From contig NW_021824674.1 in assembly GCF_006345805.1 (NCBI RefSeq), positions 1 through 36,562 of the forward strand: a DNA stretch of 36,562 bases, written 5' to 3'. Each line of letters starts with the position of its first letter. The stretch's first letter is position 1. The stretch is from Octopus sinensis (lineage: Eukaryota). The position numbers and the translations under genes were made by a program. Shown piece by piece: positions 1-9,971 of the stretch. A model generated the notes under the pieces. That model was not told where the DNA came from, made no database searches, and saw nothing but the letters and a program-made list of their open reading frames with translations.

Positions 1-133
1 GACTAAACAAACAAGTAGAAGAATATCTATATTTCTCTCTCTCTCTCTCTCTCTCTCCCTATATATATATGTGTGTGTGTGTGTGTATACCCATCCCTAT
101 TTCACTACTCAGGTATCTATAATTAACTCTAGA

Positions 134-1248
134 ATTTGCCAGCATAAAAATGGTTTCAAATTTTGGCACAAGGCCAGCAAGTTCGGGAGAGGAGCTAAGT
201 CGATTACATCGACCCCAGTACGCAACTGGTACTTAATTTATCGACCCCGAAAGGATAAAAGGTTAAGTCGACCTCGATGGGATTTGAACTAAGAACGTAA
301 AGACGAACGAAATACAGCTTAAAATTTCACCCAGGGTGTTAATGATTCTGCCATTTCGCCGCCTTTATTTGCTGACATAATAAACATTTCTACTGTAGGC
401 ACAAGGCTTGAAATTTGAGGGTATGGGCTAAGTCGATTACATTGACCTCAGTACTCAACTGGTACTTAAATGAAAGGCAAAGTCGACTTCAGCGGAATTT
501 GAACTCAGAAAGTGAAGATGAACGAAATACAGCTTAAAATTTGCCCAGGGTGTTAACGATTCTGCCATCTCGCCACCTTTATTTGTCAGCGTAATAATTA
601 TTTAACTCTAGGCACAAGAGTTTGAAATTTTTTGGGGAAGGGGTCTAGTCGATTACATCGATCCCAGTGCGTAACTGGTATTTATTTAATAGACGCCGAA
701 AGGATGAAAGGCAAAGTCGACCTCGGTGGAATTTGAACTCTGAACGGGCGAAATACTGCTAAGCATTGCGCCCGGCGTGCTAACGACTCTGCCAGTTCAC
801 TGCCTTTATTTGTCAGCATAATAATGATTTCAAATTTTGGCCACAGGGGCAGATTGGTGGGGGGAGAGGAGAAGATTAAGTCGATTACATCGACCCCAGT
901 GCGTAGCTGGTACTTAATTTATCGACTCCGAAAGATGAAAGGCAAAGTCGACCTCGGCGGAATTTGAACTCAGGACGTAAAGACAGACGAAATACCTATT
1001 TCTTTACTACCCACAAGGGGCTAAACACAAAGAGGACAAACAAGGACAGACAAAGGGATTAAGTCGATTACATCGACCCCTGTGCGTAACTGGTACTTAT
1101 TTAATCGACCCTGAAAGGATGAAAGACAAAGTCGACCTCGGCGGAATTTGAACTCAGAACGTAACGGCAGACGAAATACTGCTAAGTATTTCGCCCGGCG
1201 TGCTAACGTTTCTGCCAGCTCGCCACCTTTATTCACCAGCGTAATAAT
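134..1248 (-). mobile_element. Cluster of four SINE-B insertions (tRNA-derived head, Meta-domain-like core) separated by a repeated ~20-bp spacer
   Basis: Copies at ~150-363, 388-577, 604-804 and 826-1227 share gtcgattacatcgaccccagt...gaaaggcaaagtcgacctcggcggaatttgaactc. Spacer tttatttgtcagcataataat-like at 134-151, 364-383, 578-598, 805-825 and 1228-1248. Confidence 0.85.
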
Positions 1249-1432
1249 GGAAAAAATACGTATTCAATAATTAAAGTGATGTCGTGGTACTTACCTATCA
1301 TCCGTAAAAATTGCTTTCGGAGAATTTTCCTGAATAAAATAAAATGGAAAGTGACATCAGTTTCAGCTCAGAGGTAAATTGTGTTGGGGTTTTTAAGCAT
1401 TTCTGCGAAGAAATTTCATCTAGATATTTTTC

Positions 1433-1856
1433 GGTTCTTTTCGGTTTGAAAGGCAGTTTTTTAACATAATTTCCACGTAACTAAACACTTTTAAACTTCG
1501 TATACTGGTAGAGTGTGTTTATAAAACATCTTTTTCTCCTGGCTTTATTGAGAAAATTCTATAATTTGTAAGATATTTGTTGTTTTTTTCTTCAATTTCT
1601 GCAATTTCAACCAATCAATGACGTCTATTGAGGTAAAAAAACATTCTGTGCCGTATGAATATATCCCTCGCTTAAGAAACAGATTGGGTTTATTTACATT
1701 GCTGAAGAAAAAAAGACACCCTTCCCCCCACCTCTAACCCTAACCCTAACCCTAAAACAGATTGAAATGCAATAGATCGATACTAGGGTTATAATTATGG
1801 GTGACAATTTCATATGACTCCGCTAGAAAAAACTGCCGTTCAAACCGAAAAGATCC
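1433..1856. mobile_element. Non-autonomous TIR element (MITE) copy 1, Merlin-like, with internal (CCCTAA)n
   Basis: ~28-bp TIR gg(a/t)tcttttcggtttgaa(a/c)ggcagttttt ... aaaaactgccgttcaaaccgaaaagatcc. Telomere-like repeats at 1733-1755. Same internal sequence as copies 2 and 3. Confidence 0.85.
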
Positions 1857-2010
1857 AAACCTTCATCTAGACATTCTTCTTCTCAAATATTATCGAGATT
1901 TTGTAATTCACACTCTCGAAACGTATTTAGCAAAGTCCAGTGACACGTGGAAAGATTTATGAAGACAAAACACACTAAAACATTTTTCAATTTCTCATCA
2001 TTTTTTTTAT

Positions 2011-2419
2011 AGGCGTAGGTGTGGCTTTGTGGTAAGTAGCTTGTTTACCAGCCACATGGTTCCGGGTTCAGTCCCACTGCGTGGCACCTTGGGCAAGTGT
2101 CTTCTACTATAGCCGCTGATCAACCAAAGCCTTGTGAGTGGATTTGGTAGGCGGAAACTGAAAGAAGCCCGTCGTATATCAGTATATATATATATGTATG
2201 TGTGTATATGTTTGTTTGTCTGTGTTTGTCCCCCTCCCCCAACATCGCTTAACAACCTAATGCTGGTGTGTTTACGTCACCGTAACATAGCTGCTCAGCA
2301 AAAGAGACCGATAGAATAAGTACTAGGCTTACAAAGAATAAGTCCCGGGGTCGATTTGTTCGACTAAAGGCTGTGCTCCAGCATGGCCATAGTCAAATGA
2401 CTGAAACAAGTAAAAGAGT
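2011..2419 (+). mobile_element. SINE-A, full length (tRNA head, CORE-like segment, internal TA/TG microsatellite, taaaagag tail)
   Basis: A box tggctttgtggt, B box ggttcagtccc, segment ccttgggcaagt, tail aatgactgaaacaagtaaaagag. About 16 copies or fragments in the window. Confidence 0.9.
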
Positions 2420-2480
2420 ATATAATTATAATCTACACTATATCACGTTTTTGCACTTACGTGCGCACCTGTGTGTATAT

Positions 2481-2792
2481 TACTCTTTACTCTTTTTTAC
2501 TCTTTTACTTGTTTCAGTCATTTGACTGCGGCCATGCTGGAGCACCGCCTTTAGTCGAGCAAATCGACCCCGAGACTTATTTTTTGTAAGCCCAATACTT
2601 ATTATATCGGTCTCTTTTGCCGAAAGGCTAAGTTCCGGGGACGTAAACACACACCAGCATTGGTTGTCAAGCAATGCTAGGAGGACAAACACAGACACAC
2701 AAACACACACACACATACATTTATATATATATAAGATATATATACGACCGGCTTCTTTCAGTTTCCGTCTACCAAATCCACTCACAGGCATT
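2481..2792 (-). mobile_element. SINE-A, lacking its head; abuts the retrozyme array
   Basis: ctcttttac tail repeats then body up to ccactcacaggcatt. The array starts where the SINE would continue ggtcggccc. Confidence 0.9.
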
Positions 2793-2987
2793 GGGGCTAA
2801 AAATACAGTAGCATCCACCCTTAGGGGTTAGCCATATTGAAATGGCAAAAAATAGTCACGGGTGTTACCGCTACTGTATAAACTCACTTTGATATTTATC
2901 AATGTTTGATTTCACTTTTTCAATATCAGCAGCAGTGGGCGCTGGAAAAAGTATAAGTATTTGTGAAGGAAATCTAATTCTCGGCGA

Positions 2988-3059
2988 CAACTATGATTGT
3001 CACACGCTGACGAGAGGTCAATACCTCGAAACTCGAGTCCACGTGTGTATCATAAGTTG
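2988..3059 (+). ncRNA. Type I hammerhead ribozyme, array copy 1 (2-nt insertion just 3' of the cleavage site)
   Basis: Helix I cacacg 3001-3006 / cgtgtg 3042-3047. Core CTGACGA 3007-3013. Helix II gagg-tcaata-cctc 3014-3027. GAAA 3028-3031. Palindromic actcgagt. GUC at 3037-3039 followed by an extra ca. Confidence 0.75.
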
Positions 3060-3343
3060 AAGACGGGAAGGATGACTTCCCTTTGCAAATACTGACAGGA
3101 CACAGATAGTGTGTCTATGGCCAGCTGGAGGAGTGTGTCCTCCTGGGGCTAAAAACTACAGTAGCATCCACCCTTAGGGGTTAGCCATATTGAAATGGCA
3201 AAAATACGTCACGATGTGTTACCGCTACTGTATATAACTCACTTTGATATTTATCATTGTTGATTTCACTTTTTCAATATATCAGCGACAGTGGGCGCTG
3301 GAAAAAGTATAAGTATTTGTGAAGGAAATCTAATTCTCGGCGA

Positions 3344-3412
3344 CAATATGATTGTCACACGCTGACGAGAGGTCAATACCTCGAAACTCGAGTCCGTGTG
3401 TATCATAAGTTG
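3344..3412 (+). ncRNA. Type I hammerhead ribozyme, array copy 2
   Basis: cacacg 3356-3361, CTGACGA 3362-3368, gagg/cctc helix II 3369-3382, GAAA 3383-3386, ctcgag, GUC cleavage after 3394, cgtgtg 3395-3400. Outer helix I tatgat/atcata. Confidence 0.9.
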
Positions 3413-3691
3413 AAGACGGGAAGGATGACTTCCCTTTGCAAATACTGACAGGACACAGATAGTGTGTCTATGGCAGCTGGAGGAGTGTGTCCTCTGGGGC
3501 TAAAAACTACAGTAGCACCACCCTTAGGGGTTAGCCATATTGAAATGGCAAAAATACGTCACGATGTGTTTACGCTACTGTATATAACTCACTTTGATAT
3601 TATCATTGTTTGATTTCACTTTTTCAATATCAGCGACAGTGGGCGCTGGAAAAAGTATAAGTATTTGTGAAGGAAACCTAATTCTCGGCGA

Positions 3692-3760
3692 CAACTATGA
3701 TTGTCACACGCTGACGAGAGGTCAATACTCGAAACTCGAGTCCGTGTGTATCATAAGTTG
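3692..3760 (+). ncRNA. Type I hammerhead ribozyme, array copy 3 (helix II one base shorter)
   Basis: cacacg 3705-3710, CTGACGA 3711-3717, gag-gtcaata-ctc 3718-3730, GAAA 3731-3734, ctcgag-TC with cleavage after 3742, cgtgtg 3743-3748. Confidence 0.85.
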
Positions 3761-4041
3761 AAGACGGGAAGGATGACTTCCCTTTGCAAATACTGACAGG
3801 ACACAGATAGTGTGTCTATGGCCAGCTGGAGGAGCGTGTCCTCCTGGGGCTAAAAACTACAGTAGCATCCACCCTTAGGGGTTAGCCATATTGAAATGGC
3901 AAAAATACGTCACGATGTGTTACCGCTACTGTATATAACTCACTTTGATATTTATCATTGTTGATTTCACTTTTTCAATATCAGCGACAGTGGGCGCTGG
4001 AAAAAGTATAGTATTTGTGAAGGAAATCTAATTCTCGGCGA

Positions 4042-4110
4042 CAACTATGATTGTCACACGCTGACGAGAGGTCAATACCTCGAAACTCGAGTCCGTGTGT
4101 ATCATAGTTG
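4042..4110 (+). ncRNA. Type I hammerhead ribozyme, array copy 4
   Basis: caactatgat 4042-4051 pairs perfectly with atcatagttg 4101-4110. Internal loop tgt/t. cacacg/cgtgtg helix. CTGACGA 4061-4067, helix II 4068-4081, GAAA 4082-4085, cleavage after 4093. Confidence 0.92.
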
Positions 4111-5039
4111 AAGACGGGAAGGATGACTTCCCTTTGCAAATACTGACAGGACACAGATAGTGTGTCTATGGCCAAGCTGGAGGAGTGTGTCCTCCTGGGG
4201 CTAAAAACTACAGTAGCATCCACCCTTAGGGGTTAGCCATATTGAAATGGCAAAAATACGTCACGATGTGTTACCGCTACTGTATATAACTCACTTTGAT
4301 ATTTATCATTATATATAATATATATAATATATATATATAATATATTATATAATAGATATATATATATATATACATATATATATAGAACATATATATATAT
4401 ATTTATATATATAATAACAAATAATAAATAAAACGTATGCATATATACATACATATATGTACGTGCCTACATCTATATGTATATATACATGCATATATGG
4501 GTACAGGACACCAAAAAAACGTCGAACACAACGAGAAACGAAAACATGAACACAAAACCAAGGAAATGGACATTTTTCTATATATATATATTTATATATA
4601 TATATACATAGATATATATATATTTGGAGGGGAGAAATCAAAAAGAACGAAGCAGTGAATTAAAATCAGGGGAAAATATAAAAGTTTTGTGAGAGGAAAA
4701 GAGTAAAGGATGGAACAGGGAAGGAGAAAGAGGTAATAGATAATAAGAAGGAAAGATGAGAGACAGAAGGAGAAAAGTAGAGAGAGAGAGGATAAGAAAG
4801 AGAGAGAGAGAGAGAGAGAGCAAGAGGGAGAGGAAGAGAGAAAACGAAGGGTGTTGAGAAGCTGCTCTCTGAAAATTGATATAAATGGCGATGGAAATTT
4901 TTGCTTTGCGTGGCGTTATTATCAAATCGAAGAAAGAGAAAAAAAAACGAACATGTAGAAGTCACAGGGGAACTGTGATGAGCAAGCGAAGAAATATTAC
5001 AAAACAGTAGCCATCTCTGTATTCATTTATAATGCAGAT

Positions 5040-5346
5040 CCATCTCGAAAAGGCAAATTAACTTCGGTATTCTTCCGGAAGAAAAGCTTCTGACATATGT
5101 GTGTGTGTGTGTGTGTGTAGATATATGTATTTTTGAGTTTATACATACATATATATATATAACAAAAGCTGTTACTCAGAGTTTCACGCCCATTCCTCAG
5201 ACAGTTTTTAATATATATAGATATATATATATATATATATATATATCTATATATATATATATATATACACACATACACAAAAACACACAGACAGACATAT
5301 ATCAGCTTTTCTTCCGGAAGATGGCCAGATAACCGAAGAGATGGTG
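5040..5346. repeat. Fold-back repeat around TA/TG microsatellites
   Basis: tcttccggaagaaaagct 5071-5088 and its exact reverse complement 5304-5321. Outer partial matches ccatctc / gagatgg and ttcggt / accgaa. Confidence 0.65.
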
Positions 5347-5393
5347 TTGTGGATTTCCACCTCGGCATCCGAAACTCAGAGTTTTATCTTGGC
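5324..5393 (+). ncRNA. Degenerate type I hammerhead-like motif
   Basis: gccagataa/ttatcttggc helix I (9 bp with 1 bulge). Core CCGAAGA (U4C). gatg...catc helix II with inner gtgg/ccac hairpin and one extra c. GAAA 5371-5374. Near-palindrome aactcagagtt. Confidence 0.45.
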
Positions 5394-5424
5394 TATTGAT
5401 TAATTGTCACATATTATTTACACA

Positions 5425-5488
<64 letters not shown>

Positions 5489-6284
5489 TATTAACAACTA
5501 AACTTTTTAATATCTCACCAACACACTTCCATCCACCTACACCAGGGGTGGGAGAACTTCTTAATGCGGCGAGCAAAAATTTCCGAAGATAAAGGTCCGC
5601 GGACGAATCACAACTTCTAACTTGTATATTTGTGTAAATCTTGTATATATATCTTTGTATAATTCAAACATATAAGGGATGGCTATAATATGACATCCGA
5701 CTCACTAGAAAGAGCAGCTAAACTCCAAACCACTAATAGTTGTAATTCTGAAATGGAAAGAGAAATAAAAATGTTTACCCTTTCATTTCTGGACTATGCA
5801 TAGTTTCGGCAATCTTTTGCAAATAAATTAAATTAAATTAAATTTATTTACCACTGGCGTTGCACTCATCAGCAGAAAAGCCAAGGACTACCATATATTA
5901 GCGGAGAATTTTTTTAGAATTTTTTGCTACCCTAAAATTTATTAATTAATGATCTTTGTATAATTCGATATACATTACTAAAGGTAAGTTTAACACATTA
6001 CACTAACGCGAAACATCTTCATTAACGTCGCCACTGAATTTAGGGCGTTTGTATTACTTATTAAGGTTTTGTCTATTCTTCAGCTAGAGTGTAGTTGGGT
6101 CTCAAAGAGGTGGTACAAACATAGCAATATGTGTTTTAGAGGGAAAACAAAATTTTCATTCAAATAGACGATTTTTACTGGACGATTTTCTGTTCGAGTC
6201 TAACAGTTTTAAGTCGTAGTGGAAACGCGGCCTATGTCGCAAATAGGCATACGAATATTGTATAAACTTTATAATTGAAACATT

Positions 6285-6714
6285 GGATCTTTTCGGTTTG
6301 AACGGCTGTTTTTAACATAATTTCTAGGTAACTAAAAAATTTTAAACTTCTTATACTGGTAGAATGTGTTTATAAAACATCTTTTTCTTTTGGCTTTATT
6401 GAGAAAATTCTATAGTTTGTAAGATATTTGTTGTTTTTTTTCTTCAATTTCTGCGATTTCAACCAATCACTGACGCCCATTGAGGTAAACAACATTCTGT
6501 GCCGTATGGATATGTCACTCGTTTAAAAAACAGATTGGGTTTATTTGCATTTCTGAAGAAAAAAAATACCCTTCCCCCACCCCTAACCCTTACCCTAATT
6601 AACCCTAACCTTAAAATAGATTGAAATGCAATAGATCGATACTAGGGTTATAATTATGGATGACAATTTCATATGACACCGCTAGAAAAAATGCCGTTCA
6701 AACCGAAAAGATCC
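6285..6714. mobile_element. MITE copy 2 with a perfect 8-bp target-site duplication
   Basis: Same TIRs. TSD gaaacatt at 6277-6284 and 6715-6722. Confidence 0.9.
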
Positions 6715-6944
6715 GAAACATTTACTATATTCTGAACATATACCAGCCTGCAGGCGCAATAAAATGGTCTCGCGGACGCACCCCTGATCTCCACCATAAA
6801 GCATCCGTTTAATATAAAATAAAAACCACGCTCATACAGCTTCACACTAAACAAGGAATCTAGAAATGATCTAAAGCTTTCCTTATCTCCAACAAAATTC
6901 CCACAAAAGATTTCCTGATATAACCACGGAAACCTACATACGAA

Positions 6945-7130
6945 GCGCAAGAGCGGCTGTGTGGCAAGAAGCTTGCTTACCAACCACATGGTCCCGGGTT
7001 CAGTCCCACTGTGTGGCACCTTGAGCAAGTGTCTTCTATTATAGCCATGGGCCGACCAAAGCCTTGTGAGTGAATTTTGTAGACGGAAACTGAAAGTAGC
7101 CCGTGTGTGTGTGTGTGTGTGTTTGTGTGT
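6945..7130 (+). mobile_element. SINE-A head/body fragment
   Basis: ggctgtgtggcaagaagcttgcttaccaaccacatggtcccgggttcagtcccactg... Confidence 0.85.
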
Positions 7131-7214
7131 CTGTTTCCTACCTGTTCTAAAGACGTTAGGGTCTACACTGTGGAAGATTTAGATGATACTCCCAGCAAAC
7201 TACACCACAAATTA

Positions 7215-7510
7215 GATAATTTGACTGTGGCCATGCTGGAGCACCGCCTTTAGTCGAGCAAATGGATACCAGGACTTATTCTTTGTAAGCCTAGTACTTA
7301 TTCTATCGGTCTCTTTTGCCGGACCGCTAAGTTACGGGGACGTAAGCACACCAGTATCGGTTGTCAAGCGATGTTGGGGGGACAAACACACAAACACACA
7401 CACACAAGTACACACACATACACACATATATATACATATATACAATGGGCTTCTTCTTTCAGGTTCCGTCTACCAAATCCACTCACATGGCTTTGGTTGG
7501 CCCGAGGCTT
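7215..7510 (-). mobile_element. SINE-A fragment
   Basis: tttgactgtggccatgctggagcaccgcc ... ccactcacatggctttggttggcccgagg. Confidence 0.85.
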
Positions 7511-7560
7511 TGTACAAATACAGGGCAACAGCCAAACATAATAATAATAATAATAATAAC

Positions 7561-7603
<43 letters not shown>

Positions 7604-7786
7604 TAATAATAATAAGACAAGCTTTAATTTGAAAACTTTAATAAATCATTCTCTAGGTTTTTGTTGTTTTGAAGTTAAATGTAATTAAAAGAATGAATAT
7701 CTGAAGTATTAATCAACATATAATTATGAACAATGTTGATTAATTGCAATTAACGTCTTGTAAATAGTTCATGTCAGAGGTCCATA

Positions 7787-8167
7787 CTCTTTTTACTCTT
7801 TTACTCTTTTACTTGTTTCAGTCATTTGACTGCGGCCATGCTGGAGCACCGCCTTTAATCGTGGGCTATAGCAGAAGGCTTGTGAGTGGATTTGGTAGAT
7901 GGAAACTGAAAGAAGCCTGTCGTATATATGTATATATATATATATATGTATGTGTGTGTATGTTTGTATGTCTGTGTTTGTCCCCCTAACATTGCTTGAC
8001 AACCGATGCTGGTGTGTTTACGTCCCCGTTACTTAGCGGTTCGGCAAAAGAGACCGATAGAATAAGTACTGGGCTTACAAAGAATAAGTCCTGGGGTCGA
8101 TTTGCTGGACTAAAGGCGGTGCTCCAGCATGGCCGCAGTCAAATGACTGAAACAAGTAAAAGAGAGA
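7787..8167. mobile_element. Rearranged SINE-A with tails at both ends (inverted)
   Basis: Minus-strand tail at 7787-7860, plus-strand body and tail at ~7876-8167. Confidence 0.75.
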
Positions 8168-8434
8168 AAGAGAGAGTTGACTGATGAATTTGAGCGAATT
8201 TTCTTGAAAATCAATCGATAAATTATTGACGTCTTTATAGAAAAAGCAATTTTTCTTTAAATGATGTTATGTTAAATCTATTTTCAAAGGTTGTGGTTCG
8301 GAGGCGTCGTAAGCGTCTTGCCGAGCTCAATTTTGCCTTTTGGTGTCGATAAATAAAGTACCAGCACTGGGCTGCTGTCTAATGTGCAACTAAATCATCC
8401 TCGATTGCAAGTAATGGCCTTAGCTTTTAGATAG

Positions 8435-8656
8435 ACTCTTTTACTCTCTCTTTTACTCTTTTACTTGTTTCAGTCATTTGACTGCGGCCATGCTGGAGCA
8501 CCGCCTTTAATCGAGCAAATCGACCCCGGGACTTATTCTTTGTAAGCCCACTACTTATTCTATCGGTCTCTTTTGCCGAACTGCTAAGTGACGGGGACGT
8601 AAACACACCAGCATCGGTTGTCAAGCAATGCTAGGGGGACAAACACAGACAACACA

Positions 8657-8694
<38 letters not shown>

Positions 8695-9780
8695 TACGAC
8701 AGGCTTCTTTCAGTTTCCGTCTACCAAATCCACTCACAAGGCATTGGTCGACCCGGGGCTATAGCAGAAGACACTTGCCCAAGATGCCACGCAGTGGGAC
8801 TGAACCCGGAACCATGTGGTTGGTTAGCAAGCTACTTACCACACAACCACTCCTGCGCCTATATACTTAGTATTATTTTTTATTCTTTTATTTTTTTTCA
8901 GTCATTTGACTACATCCTTGCTGGAGCACCGCCTTGAAGGATTTCAGTCAAATAAATCGAACCCAGGACTAATTTTTTAAGCTTAGTACTTATTCTATCG
9001 GTCTCTTGTGCAGACCCGTTAAATTACGGGGACGTAAACACACCAACACCGTTGACAAGCAGTGAATCGGGGGGGGAGGACAAATACAGACACTCATACA
9101 CACACACATATGACGGGCTTCTTTCAGTTTCCGTGAACCAAATCCACTCACAAGGCTTTTGTCGGCCTGAGGCTATACTAGGAGACACTTGCCCAAGGTG
9201 CCACGCAGTGGGACTGAACCCGGTACCATGCAGTTGGGAAGCAAGCTTCTTACCACACTACCACCAGTTTCATACGCGTCTCATTCTGCGAGTTTTCGTC
9301 GGTGCTATTTTGTGAATTTTAATCTTTAAGAGTTATTATAATTTTTGTAGGGAAATTATAATAGGCGTAGGAGTGGCTGTGTGGTAAGTAGCTTGCTAAC
9401 CAACCACATGGTTTAGGGTTCAGTCCCACTGCGTGGCATCTTGGACAAGTGTCTTCTGCTATAGCTGCGGGCCGACCAATGCCCGGTAGACGGAAACTGA
9501 AAGAAGCCTGTCGTATATATGTATATATGTGTGTGTATGTGTATGTATGTGTATGTGTGTATGTTTGTGTCTGTGTTTGTCCCCCTAGCATTGCTTGACA
9601 ACCGATGCTGGTGTGTTTATGTTCCCGTTACTTAGCGGTTCGGCAAAAGAAACCGATAGAATAAGTACTAGGCTTACAAAGAATAAGTTCCGGGGTCGAT
9701 TTGCTCGACTAAAAAAGGCGGTGCTCCAGCATGGCCGCAGTCAAATGACTGAAACAAGTAAAAGAGTAAAAGAGTAAAGT
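8435..9780. mobile_element. Three adjacent SINE-A copies: 8435-8866 (-), ~8890-9260 (-, variant), 9361-9778 (+)
   Basis: Consensus head, body and tail visible in each. Confidence 0.88.
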
Positions 9781-9971
9781 GTAAATCAAATAATTTCACG
9801 ATTATACTTTCGTAATCTTCATTTCCAACCATATTTTTAGTCCTAGTGTAGCTATGAAATCAGAATAGTTTAGAATAGAAATTGTTATTAATTTGTATAA
9901 CATGGCTCTTCTTTGATTCCATCATTTATATTAGAGTAAAGATTTTTTGCCAACATAACATGGCAATCCTG

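Larger units (their letters stand above)
2793..4310 (+). mobile_element. Tandem array of ~351-bp units (~4.3 copies), each with a hammerhead ribozyme; candidate non-LTR retrozyme / ribozyme satellite
   Basis: Units start at ggggctaaaa at 2793, 3145, 3496, 3846 and 4197 (periods 352, 351, 350, 351). Units are near-identical and differ mostly by 1-2 nt indels. Each full unit contains cacacg-CTGACGA-gaggtcaatacctc-GAAA-ctcgag-TC-cgtgtg. No ORF of note. Confidence 0.9.

Noticed and set aside
134-1248. CRISPR-like repeat-spacer pattern
   Set aside because: Eukaryotic context, no cas genes, and the intervening 200-400-bp segments are homologous SINE copies rather than unique spacers.
1880-1932. 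Hammerhead-like gaga...tctc-GAAACGTA-ttt
   Set aside because: No recognisable CUGANGA or UUGANAA core upstream of the helix.
5543-5605. hAT-like terminus caggggtgggagaac
   Set aside because: No matching second terminus or TSD found by eye.
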